The notes: generated from the sequence alone by a model not told the origin. 46,951 nucleotides of DNA from Candidatus Saccharimonadota bacterium (GCA_016191105.1 JACPPH010000009.1:1-46951); one strand, 5' to 3'; numbered from the stretch's first letter, positions 7,623-16,967 are shown. Translations and numbers: made by a program.

Positions 7623-7676
7623 CCCGCGGTAGTTCGAGACCCCAACCGGTCTCGAACCCGCGGGTTCTCAGTTTTT
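7623..7676 (+). terminator. Two-tier 16-bp hairpin plus T-run; it overlaps the stop codon of the convergent ATPase gene
   Basis: The hairpin is cccgcgg-tag-ttcgagacc-ccaac-c-ggtctcgaa-c-ccgcggg, followed by ttctcagttttt. Confidence 0.6.
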
Positions 7677-9965
7677 GCGATTTTCAAACCATTTTGCCAC
7701 CATAAACTCAAACGACATAAGTACAATTAGAAGTGGTAGAACCAGGGCATAGCCGATAAACGGTAGTGGGGTTAGATCGAAAAACCTAGCCACTGGTGGT
7801 ACTAACGATCCAACAAACGTAGTTACTGCGGCACCCTCAAAAATCAAATGTAACATCCGATCCTGTTTTTTATTTGGCTTAGTTTGCAGACCTCGAGGCA
7901 CCAGCATAACCACATCAACGCAGCCAAGCAAAAACAGCCATACTGCCACCATCTGGCCCTGCGCAGTCGTTAAGCCCATCCTTTGAGCAATCATATATCC
8001 AGCCAAAACTGCTACCGAGATAAGTGCTGCGCTAATAAATCCAAATGGTAGCGTGCGGCCCAAAAAACTCTCGCGTAACCTACGCTGCCTATCTCTTGGC
8101 CAAAAAGACCAAACAATTACCGGCAAGCCAACAATAAACCAATTCATAATTGTAATATTGCGTGGGCTTAAGGGGTAAGCAAACCCCATTATTGTGCTAG
8201 CCGTAAACAAAAACAAACCTATGCCAATGCGGGCAAAGAAGACTGTGGCAATAAGCTCTAGTGTCGTAATTACACTATCTGATACAGCAATGGCCTTGGG
8301 CAAGCCGGCAAAATTGTTGTTTAGTAAAACTACATCGGCAATCTGTCGAGTGACAGCTGCGCCGTCGTACATAGCTACACCCATGTCGGCCCGCTTAATG
8401 GCCATGGCGTCGTTAGCACCGTCGCCCACCATGGCCACAAAACCACGATTGTGGCACTCGGCAATAATTCGCTGTTTTTGCTCAGGCGATATGCGAGCAA
8501 ACACACTATTGGCCGCCACGGCCTGGGTAAACTCAACATCGTTTAGCTTGTCTAAAGCCTGGCTCTCGATTGCCCTTGGATTGTTTGCAATGCCAGCAGC
8601 CATGGCTATAGCTTGTGTTGTTTCTGCGCCGTCGCCGGATATCACCTTGAGTTTTATGCCACGCTTCTGCAGAACTTGTACAATTTCAACCACACCATCT
8701 TTGAGGGGATTCTCGAGCACTACAACACCCACCAACAACAGTTTCTTGTTCTGTTCAAGACCAACAAAAACCAATCGCTTGGCTTGGACTCCTAATTCTT
8801 TTGCGTTAGTCTGCAACCAATTTACCGCATCTTTGTCGAGCCTATTGTAGAACTTTTCGGCCGCGCCCACGTAAACAGAGTAAACCCCTTTATTTTGTTC
8901 GAATGTTGCTGAACCATATTTGCGATTAGATGAGAAGGGCTCTAAGCCATTTGCTTTAAGTATCTCTTTTGGTTCATAATGGCCGGCTAGAGCCTGGGCT
9001 GTAGCCGATGTTTGGCCAGTAGCAAACAGGTAACTGCTTATAAGTTCTTTGTCTGTAAATATTGTTTTTTGATACTTAATAAACTCTGCGAACTTGGGTA
9101 TATTCTCAGTAAGCGTGCCGGTCTTGTCGACACACAGATATTCTACCTGGCCAAGCTCCTCGGTGGCATTAATTTGCTGGAGCAAGATTTTTTTGCGGCT
9201 CAAGCGAACTGCACCATAGCTAAATAGCAAGGTGCTTACCAATATTAAGCCTTCGGCAATCACGGTTGCAGCTAGCGCCGCTATCTCACGAACCGAGCCA
9301 AGTAGTGCTTGGTGATTCAGGTAGTTACGGATGAGTATAACCACGGACATCCCGATTAGTACCAGCACCATTATTTGAATAAACCTCAGAAGCGACTTTT
9401 GGATTGGGCTTGGACTAAAAGAATACTTTTTAATATCAGCCGTCATGGAGCCCAAGAAGCTATCGTTTAGAGCCTTGGTGACTTTAACAGTTGTCTGGCC
9501 TGCTACTATTGCACTACCGGCGTAAACACTATCGCCAGGCTTTTTAGAAATATTGGTTGATTCGCCAGTTAAAAGAGATTCATTAACCTCCAGTCCGCTG
9601 GTTTGCTGAACTGTACCGTCGGCCGGCACTTGATCGCCCAGCGAAAGTTGCAAAGTGTCGCCTTTTTGAATTTGTTCTGGCCAGACCTCTTGGATCTCAT
9701 CACCAGTCAGTTTTTTATAACTAACGCGATTGAGGGCTTGGAGTTTTTCGAGCGCCAGTTTGGCTCTGAGCTCTTGGACAATGCCCACAAGTACATTAAC
9801 AACAATAACTACACCCAGAAACAGCGCGTCGCGAGCATCGCCCAAATAGAATAACGCCAAGGAGAGTCCACCAATAATAATCACCACCAGTGAAAAAACA
9901 TTGCGCCAAATTATTGGCCCCAGGTCTTTTAAAATTGACTTGTAATAGTTGTTTTTACCTGACAT
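7668..9965 (-). CDS. P-type cation-transporting ATPase (HAD subfamily IC)
   Basis: It has CVDKTGTLTEN (phosphorylation site), TGES, MVGDGANDAMAIKRADMGVAM and multiple TM segments. Confidence 0.9.
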   Translation of the reverse strand: MSGKNNYYKSILKDLGPIIWRNVFSLVVIIIGGLSLALFYLGDARDALFLGVVIVVNVLVGIVQELRAKLALEKLQALNRVSYKKLTGDEIQEVWPEQIQKGDTLQLSLGDQVPADGTVQQTSGLEVNESLLTGESTNISKKPGDSVYAGSAIVAGQTTVKVTKALNDSFLGSMTADIKKYSFSPSPIQKSLLRFIQIMVLVLIGMSVVILIRNYLNHQALLGSVREIAALAATVIAEGLILVSTLLFSYGAVRLSRKKILLQQINATEELGQVEYLCVDKTGTLTENIPKFAEFIKYQKTIFTDKELISSYLFATGQTSATAQALAGHYEPKEILKANGLEPFSSNRKYGSATFEQNKGVYSVYVGAAEKFYNRLDKDAVNWLQTNAKELGVQAKRLVFVGLEQNKKLLLVGVVVLENPLKDGVVEIVQVLQKRGIKLKVISGDGAETTQAIAMAAGIANNPRAIESQALDKLNDVEFTQAVAANSVFARISPEQKQRIIAECHNRGFVAMVGDGANDAMAIKRADMGVAMYDGAAVTRQIADVVLLNNNFAGLPKAIAVSDSVITTLELIATVFFARIGIGLFLFTASTIMGFAYPLSPRNITIMNWFIVGLPVIVWSFWPRDRQRRLRESFLGRTLPFGFISAALISVAVLAGYMIAQRMGLTTAQGQMVAVWLFLLGCVDVVMLVPRGLQTKPNKKQDRMLHLIFEGAAVTTFVGSLVPPVARFFDLTPLPFIGYALVLPLLIVLMSFEFMVAKWFENRKN

Positions 9966-10003
9966 TTATCTTATGAGTATATCACTTCTTGGTTAAAACT
10001 ACA

Positions 10004-10032
10004 TTGTAAAAGTCACACCTTGATTGTATAAT
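10004..10032 (+). promoter_or_regulatory. Candidate sigma70-type promoter (TTGTAA-17 nt-TATAAT)
   Basis: TTGTAA is at 10004-10009 and TATAAT at 10027-10032. It lies in AT-rich DNA directly upstream of the GC-rich zinc-finger ORF. Confidence 0.5.
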
Positions 10033-10066
10033 TACGCCACAATCCCACAACCGTAAAGGAAGGCTA

Positions 10067-10471
10067 ATGGCGATCAAAACCTGCGCCTTCCCAGACTGTG
10101 GGCAGGTGATCTTTAAGGAAGGTGTGTGCGAAGAGCATTTCTGGGGCCGCTACTCACGCGCATTCATAGCGAGTCTTGTACGCCAGCCGCAAGGTACGAA
10201 CCAATGCGTGTTCCCGGGTTGCGCTCGGAGCATTCTGTCGAGAGGACTGTGTGCTACACATCGAAGGCAGCTGAACCGCGGAGACCTTCATGCAATAGGC
10301 CAACAGACCACACCTAAGCCGTGTAAGTTCAAGGGCTGTCCATTTCGTGCTGAAAGCGATGGCTACTGCCGTGGTCACTACGCTCAGAAGCGCAAAGACA
10401 AGCTGCTTACGCCGCTAGGCAAGCCCAGGCGTAGATCAACTCGAGACCGCCTATACAAACGTCCGCAATGA
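10067..10471 (+). CDS. Small protein with three tandem C-x4-C-x9-C-x2-H zinc-finger units
   Basis: The three units are CAFPDCGQVIFKEGVCEEH, CVFPGCARSILSRGLCATH and CKFKGCPFRAESDGYCRGH, about 40 aa apart. SD AAGGAAGG precedes the start, and the ORF is G+C-rich. Confidence 0.7.
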   Translation: MAIKTCAFPDCGQVIFKEGVCEEHFWGRYSRAFIASLVRQPQGTNQCVFPGCARSILSRGLCATHRRQLNRGDLHAIGQQTTPKPCKFKGCPFRAESDGYCRGHYAQKRKDKLLTPLGKPRRRSTRDRLYKRPQ

Positions 10472-10504
10472 CCCCGACGGAGCTCCGGCCCCGCCGGGGT
10501 TTCG

Positions 10505-11710
10505 TCATTTATTATATTGCTTTAAAAACTGTTTTCTGTGCTCGTCAAACTTATCTTCTAAAATTGCCTGGTGAATGTCACTCATCATCTTAGTCATAAA
10601 ATTTAGGTTATGAATTGTTAACAAGGTAGCTGCTAACATTTCTTGCGAACGTACAAGGTGCGACAAATACGCTGAGCTAAAATTTTGGCAAGTGTAGCAA
10701 GCACAGTCTGGTTCGAGCGGATCAAGCTCCGTGGCAAATCTTGCATTGGCAACATGCTTGCGACCGCCATGAGTATATATGGTGCCGGTCCGTGCCAAAC
10801 GGGTTGGGTTCACGCAATCAAAGCTATCTACCCCACTCTCTATGCCGGCAAAAATATCGGCTGGCTCGCCAATACCAAGCAGGTGCCTGGGCTTGTTTTC
10901 GGGCAATATATCGTTTACCCAACGCACCGCCTGACCCATATCGACCTTGCTAAAACTGCCACCTATTCCATAGCCATCAAAGTCCATTTTTGCCAACGTT
11001 CTGGCCGATTCCCGTCGTAAATCTTTGTGTCGACCACCCTGCACTATGCCAAACAGGGCTTGATAGTTTTTTGAACTTTTAGATAATTTTTTGTGTTCAT
11101 CCAGGCTCCTGCGCGCCCAAGCATGGGTACGATCCATCGCTTCTTTTTGATATTCATGGTTTGCTGCTGGGCTAGTGCATTCGTCGAAAGCAAAAATAAT
11201 GTCGGCACCTAGATCATGCTGAATTTGCATAGATTTTTCGGCATCCAAATAGCGCTTAGACCCGTCGATGTGGCTATAAAAGGTTACTCCTTCGCCTGTA
11301 ATTTTGGCCGGCTTAACATTGGTGTTTTTAGTCGCCCTATCAGCCACCACAATGCCGCCCTTGGCGAGTTTGGAAATGCCTTTGTCTAGCGCCTCGCCTA
11401 GGCTAAATACTTGAAATCCACCAGAGTCGGTATATATTGGCCCTGGCCAGTTCATAAACTTATGTAGTCCGCCAGCTTTTTTGATCACACCTGAACCTGG
11501 TTGCAAATACAAATGGTAAGTATTGGCTAACACCGACTCTGCACCAGCCGTGGTTATTTGCTCTGGTGTGAGCGATTTAGTGGTAGCTTTAGTGGCTGCG
11601 ACTGTAAATGTTGGCGTATGGATATCGCCATGTGGCGTGTGCATTACGCCAGCTCGAGCTAATGATTTTTTATCGGCTTGTTTGATCGAAAAGCCAAATG
11701 ATTTGTTCAT
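10505..11710 (-). CDS. tgt: tRNA-guanine transglycosylase (queuine tRNA-ribosyltransferase)
   Basis: It has LANTYHLYLQPG, TDSGGFQVFSL, FAFDEC and the Zn motif CxCxxC...H (CACYTC). I prefer the ATG at 11710 over the TTG at 11716. Confidence 0.9.
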   Translation of the reverse strand: MNKSFGFSIKQADKKSLARAGVMHTPHGDIHTPTFTVAATKATTKSLTPEQITTAGAESVLANTYHLYLQPGSGVIKKAGGLHKFMNWPGPIYTDSGGFQVFSLGEALDKGISKLAKGGIVVADRATKNTNVKPAKITGEGVTFYSHIDGSKRYLDAEKSMQIQHDLGADIIFAFDECTSPAANHEYQKEAMDRTHAWARRSLDEHKKLSKSSKNYQALFGIVQGGRHKDLRRESARTLAKMDFDGYGIGGSFSKVDMGQAVRWVNDILPENKPRHLLGIGEPADIFAGIESGVDSFDCVNPTRLARTGTIYTHGGRKHVANARFATELDPLEPDCACYTCQNFSSAYLSHLVRSQEMLAATLLTIHNLNFMTKMMSDIHQAILEDKFDEHRKQFLKQYNK

Positions 11711-11749
11711 AACCAAGCATTTTACCAGATGTTGTATAAAATTACATCT

Positions 11750-11788
11750 ATAAAGACAGCTCGAGCCGCGGAGAAAGTTCCCCGCGGC
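11750..11788 (-). terminator. GC-rich hairpin downstream of purB
   Basis: The stem is gccgcggaga-aagt-tccccgcggc (11765-11788, one mismatch). The U-run on the minus strand is weak. Confidence 0.45.
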
Positions 11789-11812
11789 CCTTGCCGTTTG
11801 GGTTGTTGGTGC

Positions 11813-13234
11813 TCAGAGGATTGAGCCAGGCCGATAGGTAGCCGCCTCGGGGTACTTGGCAACCACTCCCTCTACAGACCGAGCAAACGCCTGGATTTGC
11901 GGTACAGCTGCACCGACCAGGTCGATCGGACTCGAGATGGCATGCTTCATGTCTGGCAAGCTCACCGGCCAATCTGGATTGGCATCGAGCCGAATCAACA
12001 AGAGGTTCTCTTCGCCCTCTCTCATGCTGAGCGCGGCTGAAACAGCCTTCTCCTTGATCATCTCGTGCGCTGTTTCGCGACCCACACCCATCCTCACTGC
12101 CGCCATCAGCAACTTGGTCGTAGCCAGGAACGGCAGAAATCGACGCAGCTCGGCGGCAATGATCTTGGGGAAAGCTCCAAACTCTTCCAGCACAGTCAAC
12201 AGGGTTTCGAAAATCCCATCGATTGCGAAGAATGCATCTGGCAGAACCACCCTACGAACCACACTGCAGCTCACATCGCCCTCGTTCCACTGGTCGCCCA
12301 GCAATTCGTTGGCCATCACCACGAGCCCCTTGAGCACCTTGGTGAGTGCGTTGATGCGTTCACAGCTGCGGGTATTCATCTTGTGAGGCATAGCCGTGCT
12401 TCCGACTTGATCCTTCTGAAACCCCTCGGTCACCAACTCCTGCCCAGCCATCAGCCGGATCGTTGTTGCAAGACTGCTTGGACCGCCGGCCAGCTGCAAC
12501 AAACAGCTAACCACTTCGGAGTCGAGCGAGCGCGGATAGACCTGGCCGACAGAGCCCATGGCGCTTTCGAAGCCCAGGTGCTCGGCCACACCTCGTTCCA
12601 ACACAACAATGTCGTCGGGATTGGGCAAGATGTCGAGCATGTCTTGTTGAGTACCTACCGGACCCTTGATGCCACGAAGCGGATATGAGCCCAGAACGTA
12701 ATCCAGGTGGCCAAACGCATGGAGCAGCTCCTCGCCAAAGTTGGCGAACCGCTTTCCCAACGTGATTGGCTGAGCAGCCACGTTGTGGCTACGGCCAGCC
12801 ATGACCAAGCTCGAGTTCTCGGTAGCCAGCTCTGCCATGCGCACCAGTACGGTCACCGCCTTGTTGCGAATCAGCTCCAACGATCGGCGTACCTGCATTT
12901 GTTCGACGTTCTCGGTCAGATCGCGACTGGTCATGCCCTTGTGGATCTGCTCGTGACCAGCCAGGGCGTTGAACACCTCGATCTTGGCCTTCACGTCGTG
13001 ACGCAGCTTTCGCTCAAGTGTCTCGATGGCAATGAGATCCACGTCGTACAGCGCGGCCTCGTATGCTTCGATCGCACCGTCTGGAATTTCCACGCCCAGC
13101 CGCTTCTGAAGCTTCATTACTGCCACCCAAAGCTCCCGCTCCATGATGGTTTTTTGCTCGAGCCCCCAGATTGCCACCATCTCCTCAGAGGCATAGCGAT
13201 GGGCCAGAACGTCGGGAATCGTTGTCTTGGCCAT
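11813..13234 (-). CDS. purB: Adenylosuccinate lyase
   Basis: It belongs to the fumarate-lyase superfamily (GSTAMPHKMNTRSCE signature; MAKTTIPDVLAHRYASEEMVAIW N-terminus). AAGGAGG lies 6 nt upstream of the ATG at 13234. The gene is G+C-rich. Confidence 0.85.
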   Translation of the reverse strand: MAKTTIPDVLAHRYASEEMVAIWGLEQKTIMERELWVAVMKLQKRLGVEIPDGAIEAYEAALYDVDLIAIETLERKLRHDVKAKIEVFNALAGHEQIHKGMTSRDLTENVEQMQVRRSLELIRNKAVTVLVRMAELATENSSLVMAGRSHNVAAQPITLGKRFANFGEELLHAFGHLDYVLGSYPLRGIKGPVGTQQDMLDILPNPDDIVVLERGVAEHLGFESAMGSVGQVYPRSLDSEVVSCLLQLAGGPSSLATTIRLMAGQELVTEGFQKDQVGSTAMPHKMNTRSCERINALTKVLKGLVVMANELLGDQWNEGDVSCSVVRRVVLPDAFFAIDGIFETLLTVLEEFGAFPKIIAAELRRFLPFLATTKLLMAAVRMGVGRETAHEMIKEKAVSAALSMREGEENLLLIRLDANPDWPVSLPDMKHAISSPIDLVGAAVPQIQAFARSVEGVVAKYPEAATYRPGSIL

Positions 13235-13405
13235 GATGGCCCTCCTTAGATTAGGGCACCGATGGCGCCAGTGTTTTTCAAGTTTACCCAAACGGGCACT
13301 GCTTATTATGTTATGAACTAGTAGCCCAAACAAGCATAAGCACGGCTAGCTTGATCAAATTATCAATACTCGCCTATACTAAAATCAAACTAAGCGGAGA
13401 TTGGC

Positions 13406-14614
13406 ATGAAAATAGTAGTTGTTGGTTCGGGCGGTCGCGAGCACGCACTGGTTGAGGCCTTTAAGCGCGAAGGTAACGAAGTAGTAATAACTCCAGGTAG
13501 GCCGGATTGTATTCCCGGCTCGATCGATACCTCGGTCCATGATATTGAAGCCGATCTTTACGTGGTTGGCCCCGAGGCGCCTCTAGTTGATGGCGAGGCC
13601 GATAAGTTGCGAGCCAAAGGCAAATTAGTGTTTGGACCAAACAAAGACGGTGCACAAGTCGAGGGCTCCAAAGCTTACATGAAACAACTGCTCGCCGATG
13701 CCAAGGTGCCCACTGCCGATTTTGGTGTATTTACCGATGTTAAACCAGCTAATGAGTTTCTAAAAAAACTAAATGGCAAAGCCGCCATTAAGACCAGTGG
13801 CCTAGCCGGGGGCAAGGGTGTATTTGTAAGTCAAAATATCGACGAGGGTTTAGCCGACATAAAAGATAAGTTAAGCGGTAAGTCGTTTGGTGAGGCCGGC
13901 CAAGAAATTGTAGTTGAAGAGTTTTTAGATGGTCGTGAGTTCTCGGTGTTTGCAATCACCGATGGCAAAAAAGTTGTAGCTTTGCCGGTCGCGCAAGATT
14001 ACAAGCGACTCGAAAACGGCGCCATGACTGGCGGCGTGGGTTCTTACTCGCCAGTTAACCACATCGACGACAAAACGCTCGACAGGGTTGTTAAAACCTG
14101 CATACAACCAACTCTCGACGAGCTACGCAAACGCGGCATAGGCTACCGCGGAGTTTTGTACATGGGCGGCATGCTAGGTAGAGATGGCAGCACCAAAGTG
14201 CTCGAATATAACATTCGCTTTGGTGATCCAGAGGCTCAAGTTGTTTTACCAAGAGTCGACAACCTAACCGATTTGCTTTACGAAGCCGCCAGCGGCGAGC
14301 TCAAAAGTCAGCCCCAAATAAACAACAAGGCACTAGCCTTGGTTGTACTGTGTGCCGAAGGCTACCCCGACAATCCCGTTAAAAACGTTGAAATAAAAGG
14401 CCTAGATACTGCAGCCAATACTGATGGTGTTACAATTTTGCACGCTGGCACCAAATCTGATGGCGGCAGCATTCTGGTTGATGGTGGCCGCACTATCAAT
14501 GTGGTAGCCGAAGGCAAAAGCATAGAGCAAGCTCGCAAGCGAGCCTACGACGCAGTTAACAAAATCAGTTGGCCTGGTATGCAATATCGTAGTGATATTG
14601 CCAAAGATATTTAG
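13406..14614 (+). CDS. purD: Phosphoribosylamine-glycine ligase
   Basis: It starts MKIVVVGSGGREHAL, has ATP-grasp features and is about 400 aa long. Confidence 0.9.
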   Translation: MKIVVVGSGGREHALVEAFKREGNEVVITPGRPDCIPGSIDTSVHDIEADLYVVGPEAPLVDGEADKLRAKGKLVFGPNKDGAQVEGSKAYMKQLLADAKVPTADFGVFTDVKPANEFLKKLNGKAAIKTSGLAGGKGVFVSQNIDEGLADIKDKLSGKSFGEAGQEIVVEEFLDGREFSVFAITDGKKVVALPVAQDYKRLENGAMTGGVGSYSPVNHIDDKTLDRVVKTCIQPTLDELRKRGIGYRGVLYMGGMLGRDGSTKVLEYNIRFGDPEAQVVLPRVDNLTDLLYEAASGELKSQPQINNKALALVVLCAEGYPDNPVKNVEIKGLDTAANTDGVTILHAGTKSDGGSILVDGGRTINVVAEGKSIEQARKRAYDAVNKISWPGMQYRSDIAKDI

Positions 14615-15825
14615 CGCGAGCCGCCCACAAAGGTTAGGGCCTGGCCGCTGTTACCGGCTCGGCCGGTTCGCCCTATACGGTGAATGTAATCTTCGTATGT
14701 ACCTGGCTGATCGAAGTTAATCACATGACTTACATTTGGTATATCAAGCCCTCGAGCCGCAACGTCGGTTGCAACAAGTATGCGAACGTCGTTTTTCTTA
14801 AATGCGTCGAGCGCTCGTTGGCGTTGCGACTGCGACTTATTGCCGTGTATGGCCGCGGCTTTGAGGCCTTGCTTAGTAAGGGTGTCGGCCAATCGTTGCA
14901 CGCCCCACTTGGTTTCGCCAAACACCAAAACTTTTTCGAACTCTGGTTTTTTTAGCATACCAATTAGCATTTTGAGCTTTTCGTCTTTTGAGTAGGCTCG
15001 AATTACGTCTTGCTCAACATGCTCGCTGGTTTCGGTAGTGCGTACCGAAACAGTTACTGGGTCATTTAAGATGTTTTGTATTAATCGCTCAATTGTTGGC
15101 GTGATAGTGGCGCTGAAACACAACGACTGGCGGACTTTTGGTAGTTGGTCGATCAAAAATTGGATGTCTTTTATAAAACCCATATCGAGCATGCGGTCGG
15201 CCTCGTCGAGCACAAGATGATTGGTGTTGTTTAAACGCAATGCTCCTTGGCCCACTAAGTCTTTGAGTCGTCCTGGGGTGCCAATTACAAACTGGGGTTT
15301 GCGTGCTAGAGCTCGGATTTGTCGCTGCATGTTGGCACCGCCCACACACAAAGCCGAATACAGGTTTAGCCCCTTGGCAAAGGCCTTAAACTCATCATCT
15401 ATCTGCACAGCAAGCTCGCGGGTTGGCGCTACAATCAGAACTCCGCCCTGACCATTCTTGGCCATGAGATTGTTAATTATTGGTAGCAAAAAGGCGGCGG
15501 TTTTGCCAGTGCCAGTGTTGGCTAGCCCAATCAAATCACGACCCTCCAAAACTGCTGGGATAGATTGATCTTGAATTGGCGTTGGAACTTCATAGCCCTT
15601 GGCGACTATGTTGCGCTTAAGCGCGTCGCTCAAAGCAAAGTCTACAAACCTATGGGTCGGCTCGTATTCGACAACTTCAGATCTGGCTGTGGCCTTATTT
15701 ATAAATTTTTCTGGGTTAATGTAGCCGCCCTGGCGATTCGGTCGCTGCTTGCGGCCGCGCTGGCTGCTACTGTAGACCCGCCGGCTACTTTTGTAGCCCG
15801 AACGAGCAAAGGAGTTATTCTGCAT
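14611..15825 (-). CDS. DEAD-box ATP-dependent RNA helicase with a basic N-terminal extension
   Basis: It has a Q motif region, GTGKTAAF, VAPTRELA, DEAD, SAT and HRIGRTGRAG. Confidence 0.9.
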   Translation of the reverse strand: MQNNSFARSGYKSSRRVYSSSQRGRKQRPNRQGGYINPEKFINKATARSEVVEYEPTHRFVDFALSDALKRNIVAKGYEVPTPIQDQSIPAVLEGRDLIGLANTGTGKTAAFLLPIINNLMAKNGQGGVLIVAPTRELAVQIDDEFKAFAKGLNLYSALCVGGANMQRQIRALARKPQFVIGTPGRLKDLVGQGALRLNNTNHLVLDEADRMLDMGFIKDIQFLIDQLPKVRQSLCFSATITPTIERLIQNILNDPVTVSVRTTETSEHVEQDVIRAYSKDEKLKMLIGMLKKPEFEKVLVFGETKWGVQRLADTLTKQGLKAAAIHGNKSQSQRQRALDAFKKNDVRILVATDVAARGLDIPNVSHVINFDQPGTYEDYIHRIGRTGRAGNSGQALTFVGGSR

Positions 15826-15977
15826 GAATACCTTTCGTTATATTATTCTGTCTGCTTCGACGAACAGCGAGAATAATTTTTACGAAGTTTAAGATCCCGG
15901 CATTCATCAATTCAAATGTAAGCTAATTATAGCACATAATCTTAGCTTTGTCTACTATCTCTTTTTACAGATACATA

Positions 15978-16388
15978 CTACGTCTTTGGCTGCAAAATTG
16001 AGAACCGGTTATCCTCGGTATCAATAGCCGAGATCCACAGGCCAACACCTGGAATCGCTTGCGGCTCCAAGGTGTACTTTCCGTCTTGCCCAATAGAGCC
16101 AAGAACTTTACCGCCAGCCAACTCAATCGCTTTCACGGCTGCTTTAGCATCTTCGACTGCGAGCACTACCGATGGAGCTTGACTAAGTGGGTTATTGGTT
16201 TTGGCATAAAAGCCACCGTTAATTGCGCCTTTGGTTTGAACCATGCCGTCTTTATCTGTTTTGGTGGTGTGAGCAACAACATAGTTGCCCATTTCTGGGC
16301 CAAACTTTTGAGTTTCCCACCCAAAAGCTGACTCGTAAAACTTAATCATACGGTCTTGATCTTTGTAGCCCATTTCGAAGTGAACCAC
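15978..16388 (-). CDS. VOC/glyoxalase-fold protein (5' end uncertain; possible 1-nt frameshift)
   Basis: The VHFEMGYKDQDRMIKFYESAFGWE pattern is present. An SD plus ATG at 16407 lies one frame off (see findings). Confidence 0.65.
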   Translation of the reverse strand: MVHFEMGYKDQDRMIKFYESAFGWETQKFGPEMGNYVVAHTTKTDKDGMVQTKGAINGGFYAKTNNPLSQAPSVVLAVEDAKAAVKAIELAGGKVLGSIGQDGKYTLEPQAIPGVGLWISAIDTEDNRFSILQPKT

Positions 16389-16466
16389 TTGGATTCATTT
16401 TTGCCATAATTATCTCCTGCTAATTCTTAGTTATACTCTATTCCTTTGCGTAGCCCAATGAAATGT

Positions 16467-16967
16467 TTAGAGCTTTACTATATTGAGCAATAAAAGCACC
16501 AATGAAATCGGCATGCCAAAGTCCCAAATGAGTATGTAGAGGTTATTCGGAGCAAAGTTGTGTTTAGTAATAATTTCTTTAAGGTGATTAAGGCCGGCCA
16601 AAAACAAAAAGGTAACTATTGGTAACGAAATTGCCACCCAGGCCTCGACCCCATGATAAACCGCATAAAAGCAACCCAGACCTAAACCCAAACTAACTGC
16701 TGCAATCTCGTATTGAAAGCCATTGGTTTTCCAGCCAATCGAAGCCGCCATTTTTCTGGCAAAGACCGAATGCATAACCGATGAAAATATAAATACAAAA
16801 CCAGCAAAATACAACAGCCAGCGAAGATCTACAATTAAGCGGCTGTCGCCCGGCACTGCACCCGGTGGTGTAACACCGCTCAAGGCTAATACCCACGCCA
16901 AAACAAAAAGTCCAGGCAAAACAAACCCAGACATCTTTTGACTTATGCTTTTGTTTTTTGCCACCAT
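16467..16967 (-). CDS. Integral membrane protein, unknown function
   Basis: It has about 5 hydrophobic helices and no recognisable motif. Confidence 0.5.
   Translation of the reverse strand: MVAKNKSISQKMSGFVLPGLFVLAWVLALSGVTPPGAVPGDSRLIVDLRWLLYFAGFVFIFSSVMHSVFARKMAASIGWKTNGFQYEIAAVSLGLGLGCFYAVYHGVEAWVAISLPIVTFLFLAGLNHLKEIITKHNFAPNNLYILIWDFGMPISLVLLLLNIVKL

Noticed and set aside
7290-7671. A 6-nt direct repeat TCTCAG at both ends of the 7.3-7.7 kb islet, as a possible target-site duplication.
   Set aside because: It is too short to distinguish from chance, and comparable repeats were not found at the borders of the other islets.
7290-7676. RNase P RNA (rnpB). On the plus strand, GGGAGGAAA, UGCAACAG, GGUGAAUGG, GGAUAAAC, AAGUACGG, GCCUAGA and CUUACAGCCCG occur in the same order as similar strings in E. 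coli and Thermotoga RNase P RNA, and the length is about 390 nt.
   Set aside because: The CR-I-like string is only about 25 nt from the UGCAACAG-like string, against about 65 nt in real type-A RNAs, so there is no room for P5-P10. The putative P4 strands (AAAGCAG versus GGGUCUU) cannot pair. No P1 pairing exists between the ends. GGGAGG is better explained as an SD for the GTG ORF.
7290-7676. tmRNA or SRP RNA. The evidence was GGGGCTGA on the minus strand, a GCA AAT GAA GAT (A-N-E-D) tag-like start, and CCGGGAGGAAAAAGCAG resembling the SRP CCGGAAGGAAGCAGCC.
   Set aside because: There is no tRNA-like acceptor/T-arm pairing of the ends. The tag-like frame runs 73 codons without a stop. The 5' side of SRP helix 8 (GGUCAGGUCC) is absent.
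13235-13340. ZTP (pfl) or purine riboswitch in front of purB, purH-N (3491-3585) or purH-C (19541-19641). The purB leader contains ACUGGCG.
   Set aside because: The obligatory 3' CCGCCUGGGC pseudoknot partner is missing, and none of the three leaders shows the purine-riboswitch junction sequences. The single heptamer is probably chance.
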